Shown piece after piece: positions 20,701-32,800 of a stretch of DNA of 64,000 nucleotides (positions are counted from its first letter, which is position 1; each line of letters opens with the position of its first letter). Below the pieces are notes generated by a model, which was not told the origin of the DNA, did no database searches, and saw only the letters and a program-made list of their open reading frames with translations. Source of the DNA: Squalus acanthias (taxonomy: Eukaryota); NCBI GenBank assembly GCA_030390025.1, contig JASTWF010000325.1:434001-498000 (forward strand). Reading direction: 5' to 3'. The translations under genes were made by a program, and so were the position numbers.

Positions 20701-23080
20701 CTCACACTCACTGTCACACTCACACTGTCACACTTACACTGTCACACTCACACTCACGCTGTCACACTCACACTCACACTGTCACTGTCACCCTCACACT
20801 CACACTCACACTGTCAACTCACACTCACACTGTCACACTCACACTCACACTGTCATACTCACACTGTCACACTCACACTCACACTCACACTGTCACACTC
20901 ACACTGTCACACTCACACTGTCACACTCAGACTCACACTCACACTGTCACTGTCACACTCACACTCACACTGTCACACTCACACTGTCACACTCACACAC
21001 TCACACTCACACTGTCACACTCACACTCACACTGTCACACTCACACTGTCACACTCACACTCACACTGTCACACTCACGCTATCACACTCATACTCACAC
21101 TCACACTGTCACACTCACACACTCACACTCACACTGTCACACTCACACTGTCACACTCACACTGTCACACTCACACTCACGCTGTCACACTCACACTCAC
21201 ACTGTCACTGTCACACTCACACTCACACTCACACTGTCAACTCACACTCACACTGTCACACTCACACTCACACTGTCACACTCACACTGTCACACTCACA
21301 CTGTCACACTCACACTCACACTGTCACACTCCACTCACACTCACACTGTCACACTCACACTCACACTGTCACACTCATACTCACACTCACACTGTCACAC
21401 TCACACACTCACACTCACTGTCACACTCACACTGTCACACTCACACTGTCACACTCACACTCACGCTGTCACACTCACACTCACACTCACACTGTCAACT
21501 CACACTCACACTGTCACACTCACACTCACACTGTCACATTCACACTGTCACAAACACACTGTCACACTCACACTCACACTCACACTGTCACACTCACACT
21601 GTCACACTCACACTCACACTGTCACACTCACACTCACACTGTCACACTCACACTGTCACACTCACACACTCACACTCACACTGTCACACTCACACTGTCA
21701 CACTCACACACTCACACTCACACTGTCACACTCACACTGTCACACTGTCACTGTCACACTCACACTCACACTGTCACACTCACACTGTCACACTCACACA
21801 CTCACACTCACACTGTCACACTCACACTGTCACACTCACACTGTCACACTCACACTCACACTGTCACACTCACACTCACACTGTCACACTCACACTGTCA
21901 CACTCACACTGTCACACTCACACTCACACTGTCACACTCACACTGTCACACTCACACTCACACTGTCACACTCACACTGTCACACTCACACTCACACTGT
22001 TACACTCACACTCACACTGTCATGCTCACACTGTCACACTCACACTCACACTGTCACACTCACACTGTCACACTCACACTCACACTGTCACACTCACACT
22101 GTCACACTCACACTCACACTGTCACACTCACACGGTCACACTCACACGCATACTCACACTCACACTAACATTGTCACACTCACACTCACACTGTCACACT
22201 CACACTGTCACACTCATACTCACACTCACACTGTCACACTCACACACTCACACTCACTGTCACACTCACACTGTCACACTCACACTGTCACACTCACACT
22301 CACGCTGTCACACTCACACTCACACTGTCACACTCACACTGTCACACTCACACTCACACTCACACTCACACTGTCACACTCACACTGTCACACTCACACT
22401 CACACTGTTACACTCACACTCACACTGTCACGCTCACACTGTCACACTCACACTCACACTGTCACACTCACACTGTCACACTCACACTCTCACTGTCACA
22501 CTCACACTCACACTCACACTGTCACACTCACACTCACACTGTCACAGTCACACTGTCACACTCACACTCACACTGCCTCATTCACACTCACACTGTCACA
22601 CTCACACTCACACTCACACTGCCTCATTCACACTCACACTCACACTGCCTCATTCACACTCACACTCACACTGCCTCATTCACACTCACACTGCCTCATT
22701 CACACTCACACTCACACTGCCTCATTCACACTCACACTCACACTGTCACACTCACACTCACACTGCCTCATTCACACTCACACTCACACTGTCACACTCA
22801 CACTCACACTGTCACACTCACACTCACACTGCCTCATTCACACTCACACTGCCTCATTCACACTCACACTCACACTGCCTCATTCACACTTAGACTCACA
22901 CTGCATCATTCACACTCACACTCACACTGCCTCATTCACACTCACACTGCATCATTTACACTCACACTCACACTGCCTCATTCACACTCACACTCACACT
23001 GCATCATTCACACTCACACACATTCTCTCACTCACACTTACCATGTTGTATGATTTTGGAGAGGAGTCAGACAATGGCAT
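11461..23080 (-). CDS. Transcription factor Spi-C-like (SPI/PU.1 subfamily ETS), 5 coding exons, ~242 aa
   Basis: join(23080..23042, 18030..17901, 17138..17026, 14148..14016, 11774..11461) = 729 nt, all GT-AG, phases 0,1,0,1 consistent, no internal stop; C-terminal ETS domain. Confidence 0.82.
11925..12563 (-). mobile_element. Old, internally deleted CR1 LINE fragment in the last intron of the ETS gene
   Basis: [23 protein letters not shown] with decayed SKFENGTK (12301-12564); [26 protein letters not shown] (11908-12216); the intervening RT segment is missing. Confidence 0.88.
12564..13303. repeat. 67-bp minisatellite (~11 copies)
   Basis: Unit CTGTCCCATCAAACACTCCCAGGGCAGGTACAGCACGGGTTAGATACAGAGTAAAGCTCCCTCTACA, nearly identical copies. 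Confidence 0.95.
14016..14148 (-). CDS. Spi-C-like internal exon (133 nt)
   Basis: Acceptor CCTGTTTTACAG, donor [54 protein letters not shown]; phase 0 to 1 fits the ETS exon. Confidence 0.8.
14237..15700. repeat. C-rich low-complexity tract (CCCCA/CCCCTCCCCCA); G-rich on the minus strand
   Basis: Almost no G on the + strand; dense C3-C6 runs. Confidence 0.95.
15700..16975. repeat. Polypyrimidine/polypurine tract (CCCT/CT)n
   Basis: ~1.3 kb almost purely C and T on +. Confidence 0.95.
17026..17138 (-). CDS. Spi-C-like internal exon (113 nt)
   Basis: Acceptor CTCTCTTCCCTCCACCAG, donor CTG|GTGAGA; (D)[37 protein letters not shown]; phase 1 to 0. Confidence 0.75.
17548..17717. repeat. 32-bp minisatellite (~5 copies)
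   Basis: GTGTCACCGAGTGTGATAACAACCCAACACTT tandem. Confidence 0.92.
17901..18030 (-). CDS. Spi-C-like internal exon (130 nt), acidic/hydrophobic N-terminal segment
   Basis: Acceptor (CT)nCCAG, donor [36 protein letters not shown]; phase 0 to 1. Confidence 0.8.
18106..23037. repeat. Compound microsatellite (TCACAC)n/(TCACACTG) filling a ~5-kb intron
   Basis: Directly visible; GCCTCAT variant near 22570-23010. Confidence 0.97.
23042..23080 (-). CDS. Spi-C-like first coding exon ([13 protein letters not shown]; either ATG could initiate)
   Basis: Consensus donor ATG|GTAAGT at 23041, phase 0; in-frame upstream TGA; candidate acceptor CTCCAG at 23115-23116. Confidence 0.6.
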
Positions 23081-23149
23081 CAGTGCAGTCCAGAGATAAC
23101 CTCATGCAGCAATTCTGGAGATGTAAGATCACAGCAGGTTAGTTCACTA

Positions 23150-24612
23150 CAGACAGACAGACACACAGAAACACACACACACACACACACACAGAAACAC
23201 ACACACACAGAAACATACACACACACAGAAACACACACACACAAAAACACACACACAGAAACACACACACAGAAACACACACACACACAGAAACACACAC
23301 AGAAACACACACACACACACACAGAAACACACACACACACAGAAACACACACACACAGAAACATACACACACACAGAAACACACACACACAAAAACACAC
23401 ACACAGAAACACACACACAGAAACACACACACACACAGAAACACACACGGAAACACACACAAACACACACACAGAAACACACACACAGAAACACACACAG
23501 AAACACACACGGAAACACACACAAACACACACATAGAAACACACACACAGAAACACACATGGAAACACACACACACACAGAAACACATAAACACACAGAA
23601 AAACACACACACACAGAAACACATAAACACACAGAAACACACACACACACAGAAACACACACAGAAACACACACACACACACACAGAAACACACACACAC
23701 ACAGAAACACACACACACAGAAACATACACACACACAGAAACACACACACACAAAAACACACACACAGAAACACACACACAGAAACACACACACACACAG
23801 AAACACACACGGAAACACACACAAACACACACACAGAAACACACACACAGAAACACACACAGAAACACACACGGAAACACACACAAACACACACATAGAA
23901 ACACACACACAGAAACACACATGGAAACACACACACACACAGAAACACATAAACACACAGAAAAACACACACACACAGAAACACACACACAGAAACACAC
24001 ACATACACAGAAACACACACACAGAAACACACACACACACAGAAACACACACACAGAAACACACACACACACAGAAACACATAAACACACAGAAAAACAC
24101 ACACACACAGAAACACACACACAGAAACACACACATACACAGAAACACACACACAGAAACACACACACACACAGAAACACACACACAGAAACACACACAC
24201 ACACAGAAACACATAAACACACAGAAAAACACACACACACAGAAACACACACACAGAAACACACACATACACAGAAACACACACACAGAAACACACACAC
24301 ACACAGAAACACACACACAGAAACACACACACACACAGAAACACACACACAGAAACACACACACACACAGAAACACACACACACAGAAACACATAAACAC
24401 ACAGAAAAACACACACACAGAAACACACACACACACAGAAACACACACACAGAAACACACACATACACAGAAACACACACACAGAAACACACACACACAG
24501 AAACACATAAACACACACAGAAACACACACACAGAAAAACACACACACACAGAAACACACACAGAAACACACACATACACAGAAACACAGAAACACACAC
24601 ACAGAAACACAC
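23150..24612. repeat. Compound (AC)n-AGAA microsatellite
   Basis: ACACACACAGAA units of variable length. Confidence 0.95.
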
Positions 24613-24949
24613 GTGCACATTCGATGTTCTCCCAGACACAGGATCGACAGTCGGATTCTCAGCCCTTGCTCTATGTGTGAAGTCTGCTATCTCCCAGGAC
24701 AGTATAAACAGAGCTTTCGGACAGTACCCGCACCTGGAGCAGTGGACAACACTAGTAAACCCAGGGAGAGACATTCTTCGACAGAGTCCCGCCCTCCTTC
24801 TCTGCTAAATAGTATTTACACAACTGGAATCACTTTCTCTCCCAAGGACTCATTGTATGGAATCACAGTGTTAACATCAAACTGTGAACCTTTAACACAG
24901 GATGTCTTTCACACTCCGACTCTCACATCTGGATCACTCTCACTCTAAT

Positions 24950-25448
24950 TCTCCATTTCACTCCCTCTTCCTCTTTGACCCTCATCCTTGTTCTCTCTCT
25001 CCTCGCTCCCTATCACTATCACACTCTCTCTGACTCTCCCTTACACCCTCTACCCCTTTCTTATTCTTTAACTATCTCTTTATCTGACTTTTACTTTCTC
25101 TCACTCACTCTCTCACCCTCTCCCTCATTCTCTTTCCCCTCTCTCACACCCTTTATCTCACATCCTTCCACCCTCACTGCCACCCTCCCCCTCCCTCATT
25201 CTCTCACAGATCTCTCTCCTTTTATCCCTCCCTTTCTGTCTCTCTCTCTCTCCCTCTCTCTCCCTATCTATTTATCTCTCTCCCTCTCTCCCTCCGCTAC
25301 CGCTCCCTCTCTCCCTCTTTCCCCTGGAAGACTCTCTCCATCTCATGGCTGTCTGTCTTTCTCTCTCCCCCTCTCTTGCTCCCTCTCTCCCCTCCTTCCC
25401 TCCCTCCCTCTCTCACCTCCTGTCAGTGTCGGGCTTTCTCTCTCTCTG
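24950..25448. repeat. CT-rich low-complexity region
   Basis: Pyrimidine-rich, degenerate. Confidence 0.8.
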
Positions 25449-25466
25449 TTGCTCTATTTGTACCCG

Positions 25467-25558
25467 ATGCCCGTGTTGCGATTCTTGAAATCCCCGGTTA
25501 TTCTCCGCCCCTTTCAATCGCTATTCTACCGTCAGCAGCAGCGGACCGGCCCGCGGAG
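25467..25558 (+). CDS. Probable first coding exon of an unidentified gene; mitochondrial-presequence-like peptide
   Basis: ATG 25467, MPVLRFLKSPVILRPFQSLFYRQQQRTGPR, CpG-rich unique island between repeats, consensus donor GAG|GTGAGT at 25559 (phase 2); Arg/Leu-rich with no acidic residues. Confidence 0.5.
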
Positions 25559-25562
25559 GTGA

Positions 25563-26732
25563 GTGAGTGTGACAATCCCACCCTCTGTGTGTGAGTGTGA
25601 CAATCCCACCCTCTGTGGGTGAGTGTGACAATCCCACCCTCTGTGTGTGAGTGTGACAATCCCACCCTCTGTGTGTGAGTGTGACAATCCCACCCTCTGT
25701 GGGTGAGTGTGACAATCCCACCCTCTGTGGGTGAGTGTGACAATCCCACCCTCTGTGGGTGAGTGTGACAATCCCACCCTCTGTGGGTGAGTGTGACAAT
25801 CCCACCCTCTGTGGGTGAGTGTGACAATCCCACCCTCTGTGGGTGAGTGTGACAATCCCACCCTCTGTGGGTGAGTGTGACAATCCCACCCTCTGTGTGT
25901 GAGTGTGACAATCCCACCCTCTGTGTGTGAGTGTGACAATCCCACCCTCTGTGGGTGAGTGTGACAATCCCACCCTCTGTGGGTGAGTGTGACAATCCCA
26001 CCCTCTGTGGGTGAGTGTGACAATCCCACCCTCTGTGGGTGAGTGTGACAATCCCACCCTCTGTGGGTGAGTGTGACAATCCCACCCTCTGTGGGTGAGT
26101 GTGACAATCCCACCCTCTGTGGGTGAGTGTGACAATCCCACCCTCTGTGAGTGAGTGTGACAATCCCACTTTCTGTGGGTGAGTGTGACAATCCCACCCT
26201 CTGTGAGTGAGTGTGACAATCCCACCCTCTGTGAGTGAGTGTGACAATCCCACTTTCTGTGGGTGAGTGTGACAATCCCACCCTCTGTGGGTGAGTGTGA
26301 CAATCCCACCCTCTGTGAGTGAGTGTGACAATCCCACTTTCTGTGGGTGAGTGTGACAATCCCACCCTCTGTGGGTGAGTGTGACAATCCCACTCTCTGT
26401 GGGTGAGTGTGACAATCCCACTTTCTGTGGGTGAGTGTGACAATCCCACCCTCTGTGGGTGAGTGTGACAATCCCACCCTCTGTGGGTGAGTGTGACAAT
26501 CCCACCCTCTGTGGGTGAGTGTGACAATCCCACCCTCTGTGGGTGAGTGTGACAATCCCACCCTCTGTGGGTGAGTGTGACAATCCCACCCTCTGTGGGT
26601 GAGTGTGACAATCCCACCCTCTGTGGGTGAGTGTGACAATCCCACTCTCTGTGGGTGAGTGTGACAATCCCACTCTCTGTGGGTGAGTGAGACAATCCCA
26701 CCCTCTGTGGGTGAGTGTGACAATCCCACCCA
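25563..26732. repeat. 28-bp minisatellite GTGAGTGTGACAATCCCACCCTCTGTGG (~42 copies)
   Basis: Directly visible; starts immediately after the donor at 25559. Confidence 0.97.
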
Positions 26733-26811
26733 CAAGTGTAGCTGCATAATTGGGTAGAAACAGTGTGAATCAGAGACAGGGTAAATAACAAACATTGTGA
26801 TTATAACACAA

Positions 26812-29800
26812 AGTGAATGGGAGACAGTGTGAATGAGACACAGTGTGAATGAGACACAGTGTGAATGGGACACAATGTGAATGAGACACAATGTGAATGA
26901 GACACAGTGTGAATGGGACACAATGTGAATGAGACACAGTGTGAATGAGACACAGTGTGAATGGGACACAATGTGAATGAGACACAGTGTGAATGAGACA
27001 CAATGTGAATGAGACACAGTGTGAATGAGACACAATGTGAATGGGACACAGTGTGAATGAGACACAGTGTGAATGAGACACAGTGTGAATGGGACACAGT
27101 GAGAATGAGACACAATGTGAATGGGACACAATGTGAATGAGACACAATGTGAATGGGACACAGTGTGAATGAGACACAGTGTGAATGAGACACAGTGTGA
27201 ATGGGACACAATGTGAATGAGACACAATGTGAATGGGACACAGTGAGAATGAGACACAATGTGAATGGGACACAATGTGAATGAGACACAATGTGAATGA
27301 GACACAGTGTGAATGGGACACAGTGTGAATGGGACACAGTGTGAATGGGACACAGTGTGAATGAGACACAGTGTGAATGGGACACAGTGTGAATGAGACA
27401 CAATGTGAATGGGAAACAGTGAGAATGAGACACAGTGTGAATGAGACACAGTGAGAATGGGACACAATGTGAATGAGACACAGTGTGAATGGGACACAAT
27501 GTGAATGGGACACACTGTGAATGGGACACAGTGTGAATGAGACACAATGTGAATGGGACACAGTGAGAATGAGACACAGTGTGAATGAGACACAGTGTGA
27601 ATGGGACACAGTGAGAATAAGACACAGTGTGAATGAGACACAATGTGAATGAGACACAGTGTGAATGGGACACAGTGTGAATGAGACACAGTGTGAATGA
27701 GACACAATGTGAATGGGACACAATGTGAATGGGACACAGTGTGAATGAGACACAATGTGAATGGGACACAGTGAGAATGAGACACAGTGTGAATGAGACA
27801 CAGTGTGAATGAGACACAATGTGAATGAGACACAATGTGAATGGGACACAGTGAGAATGAGACACAGTGTGAATGAGACACAGTGTGAATGAGACACAAT
27901 GTGAATGGGACACAGTGTGAATGAGACACAGTGTGAATGAGACACAATGTGAATGGGACACAGTGTGAATGGGATACAGTGTGAATGAGACACAATGTGA
28001 ATGGGACACAGTGAGAATGAGACACAGTGTGAATGAGACACAGTGTGAATGGGACACAGTGAGAATGAGACACAGTGTGAATGAGACACAGTGTGAATGA
28101 GACACAGTGTGAATGAGACACAATGTGAATGGGAGACAATGTGAATGGAACACAGTGAGAATGAGACACAGTGTGAATGGGACACAATGTGAATGGGACA
28201 CAATGTGAATGAGACACAGTGTGAATGAGACACAGTGTGAATGAGACACAGTGAGAATGAGACACAGTGTGAATGAGACACAGTGTGAATGAGACACAGT
28301 GTGAATGAGACACAGTGTGAATGGGACACAATGTGAATGGGACACAGTGAGAATGAGACACAGTGTGAATGAGACACAGTGTGAATGAGACACAATGTGA
28401 ATGGGACACAGTGAGAATGATACACAGTGTGAATGAGACACAGTGTGAATGGGACACAGTGAGAATGAGACACAATGTGAATGAGACACAGTGTGAATGA
28501 GACACAGTGTGAATGAGACACAATGTGAATGCGACACAATGTGAATGGGACACAGTGAGAATGAGACACAGTGTGAATGAGACACAATGTGAATGGGACA
28601 CAGTGAGAATGAGACACAGTGTGAATGAGACACAGTGTGAATGAGACACAATGTGAATGAGACACAATGTGAATGGGACACAGTGAGAATGAGACACAGT
28701 GTGAATGGGACACAATGTGAATGGGACACAATGTGAATGAGACACAGTGTGAATGAGACACAGTGTGAATGGGACACAGTGTGAATGAGACACAGTGTGA
28801 ATGAGACACAATGTGAATGGGACACAGTGTGAATGAGACACAGTGTGAATGAGACACAGTGTGAATGGGACACAGTGAGAATGAGACACAATGTGAATGG
28901 GACACAATGTGAATGAGACACAATGTGAATGGGACACAGTGTGAATGAGACACAGTGTGAATGAGACACAGTGTTAATGAGACACAGTGTGAATGGGACA
29001 CAATGTGAATGAGACACAATGTGAATGGGACACAGTGAGAATGAGACACAATGTGAATGGGACACAATGTGAATGAGACACAATGTGAATGAGACACAGT
29101 GTGAATGGGACACAGTGTGAATGGGACACAGTGTGAATGGGACACAGTGTGAATGAGACACAGTGTGAATGGGACACAGTGTGAATGAGACACAATGTGA
29201 ATGGGAAACAGTGAGAATGAGACACAGTGTGAATGAGACACAGTGAGAATGGGACACAGTGAGAATGAGACACAGTGTGAATGGGACACAATGTGAATGG
29301 GACACACTGTGAATGGGACACAGTGTGAATGAGACACAATGTGAATGGGACACAGTGAGAATGAGACACAGTGTGAATGAGACACAGTGTGAATGGGACA
29401 CAGTGAGAATAAGACACAGTGTGAATGAGACACAATGTGAATGAGACACAGTGTGAATGGGACACAGTGTGAATGAGACACAGTGTGAATGAGACACAAT
29501 GTGAATGGGACACAATGTGAATGGGACACAGTGAGAATGAGACACAGTGTGAATGAGACACAATGTGAATGGGACACAGTGAGAATGAGACACAGTGTGA
29601 ATGAGACACAGTGTGAATGAGACACAATGTGAATGAGACACAATGTGAATGGGACACAGTGAGAATGAGACACAGTGTGAATGAGACACAGTGTGAATGA
29701 GACACAATGTGAATGGGACACAGTGTGAATGAGACACAGTGTGAATGAGACACAATGTGAATGGGACACAGTGTGAATGGGATACAGTGTGAATGAGACA

Positions 29801-32800
29801 CAATGTGAATGGGACACAGTGAGAATGAGACACAATGTGAATGGGACACAATGTGAATGAGACACAATGTGAATGGGACACAGTGAGAATGAGACACAGT
29901 GTGAATGAGACACAGTGTGAATGGGACACAGTGAGAATGAGACACAGTGTGAATGAGACACAGTGTGAATGAGACACAGTGTGAATGAGACACAATGTGA
30001 ATGGGAGACAATGTGAATGGAACACAGTGAGAATGAGACACAGTGTGAATGGGACACAATGTGAATGGGACACAATGTGAATGAGACACAGTGTGAATGA
30101 GACACAGTGTGAATGAGACACAGTGAGAATGAGACACAGTGTGAATGAGACACAGTGTGAATGAGACACAGTGTGAATGAGACACAGTGTGAATGGGACA
30201 CAATGTGAATGGGACACAGTGAGAATGAGACACAGTGTGAATGAGACACAGTGTGAATGAGACACAATGTGAATGGGACACAGTGAGAATGATACACAGT
30301 GTGAATGAGACACAGTGTGAATGGGACACAGTGAGAATGAGACACAATGTGAATGAGACACAGTGTGAATGAGACACAGTGTGAATGAGACACAATGTGA
30401 ATGCGACACAATGTGAATGGGACACAGTGAGAATGAGACACAGTGTGAAAGAGACACAATGTGAATGGGACACAGTGAGAATGAGACACAGTGTGAATGA
30501 GACACAGTGTGAATGAGACACAATGTGAATGGGACACAGTGTGAATGAGACAAAGTGTGAATGAGACACAGTGTGAATGGGACACGGTGAGAATGAGACA
30601 CAATGTGAATGGGACACAATGTGAATGAGACAAAATGTGAATGGGACACAGTGTGAATGAGACACAGTGTGAATGAGACACAGTGTGAATGAGACACAGT
30701 GTGAATGGGACACAATGTGAATGAGACACAATGTGAATGGGACACAGTGAGAATGAGACACAATGTGAATGGGACACAATGTGAATGAGACACAATGTGA
30801 ATGAGACACAGTGTGAATGAGACACAGTGTGAATGAGACACAATGTGAATGCGACACAATGTGAATGGGACACAGTGAGAATGAGACACAGTGTGAATGG
30901 GACACAATGTGAATGGGACACAATGTGAATGAGACACAGTGTGAATGAGACACAGTGTGAATGGGACACAGTGTGAATGAGACACAGTGTGAATGGGACA
31001 CAGTGTGAATGGGACACAGTGTGAATGGGACACAGTGTGAATGAGACACAATGTGAATGAGACACAGTGTGAATGAGACACAATGTGAATGGGACACAGT
31101 GTGAATGAGACACAGTGTGAATGAGACACAGTGTGAATGGGACACAGTGAGAATGAGACACAATGTGAATGGGACACAATGTGAATGAGACACAATGTGA
31201 ATGGGACACAGTGTGAATGAGACACAGTGTGAATGAGACACAGTGTGAATGAGACACAGTGTGAATGGGACACAATGTGAATGAGACACAATGTGAATGG
31301 GACACAGTGAGAATGAGACACAATGTGAATGGGACACAATGTGAATGAGACACAATGTGAATGAGACACAGTGTGAATGGGACACAGTGTGAATGAGACA
31401 CAATGTGAATGGGAAACAGTGAGAATGAGACACAGTGTGAATGAGACACAGTGAGAATGGGACACAATGTGAATGAGACACAGTGTGAATGGGACACAAT
31501 GTGAATGGGACACACTGTGAATGGGACACAGTGTGAATGAGACACAATGTGAATGGGACACAGTGAGAATGAGACACAGTGTGAATGAGACACAGTGTGA
31601 ATGGGACACAGTGAGAATAAGACACAGTGTGAATGAGACACAATGTGAATGAGACACAGTGTGAATGGGACACAGTGTGAATGAGACACAGTGTGAATGA
31701 GACACAATGTGAATGGGACACAATGTGAATGGGACACAGTGAGAATGAGACACAGTGTGAATGAGACACAATGTGAATGGGACACAGTGAGAATGAGACA
31801 CAGTGTGAATGAGACACAGTGTGAATGAGACACAATGTGAATGAGACACAATGTGAATGGGACACAGTGAGAATGAGACACAGTGTGAATGAGACACAGT
31901 GTGAATGAGACACAATGTGAATGGGACACAGTGTGAATGAGACACAGTGTGAATGAGACACAATGTGAATGGACACAGTGTGAATGGGATACAGTGTGAA
32001 TGAGACACAATGTGAATGGGACACAGTGAGAATGAGACACAATGTGAATGGGACACAATGTGAATGAGACACAATGTGAATGGGACACAGTGAGAATGAG
32101 ACACAGTGTGAATGAGACACAGTGTGAATGGGACACAGTGAGAATGAGACACAGTGTGAATGAGACACAGTGTGAATGAGACACAGTGTGAATGAGACAC
32201 AATGTGAATGGGAGACAATGTGAATGGAACACAGTGAGAATGAGACACAGTGTGAATGGGACACAATGTGAATGGGACACAATGTGAATGAGACACAGTG
32301 TGAATGAGACACAGTGTGAATGAGACACAGTGAGAATGAGACACAGTGAGAATGAGACACAGTGTGAATGAGACACAGTGTGAATGAGACACAGTGTGAA
32401 TGAGACACAGTGTGAATGGGACACAATGTGAATGGGACACAGTGAGAATGAGACACAGTGTGAATGAGACACAGTGTGAATGAGACACAATGTGAATGGG
32501 ACACAGTGAGAATGATACACAGTGTGAATGAGACACAGTGTGAATGGGACACAGTGAGAATGAGACACAATGTGAATGAGACACAGTGTGAATGAGACAC
32601 AGTGTGAATGAGACACAATGTGAATGCGACACAATGTGAATGGGACACAGTGAGAATGAGACACAGTGTGAATGAGACACAATGTGAATGGGACACAGTG
32701 AGAATGAGACACAGTGTGAATGAGACACAGTGTGAATGAGACACAATGTGAATGAGACACAATGTGAATGGGACACAGTGAGAATGAGACACAGTGTGAA

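Noticed and set aside
24734..24794. Possible upstream minus-strand exon of the ETS gene (ATG 24774, donor CAG|GTGCGG, GC box 24789-24794)
   Set aside because: Splicing to the 23114 acceptor hits TGA after a few codons; could be a UTR exon or uORF but support is too weak to call.
17849..24808. [12 protein letters not shown] and CVCV ORFs
   Set aside because: Microsatellite translations.
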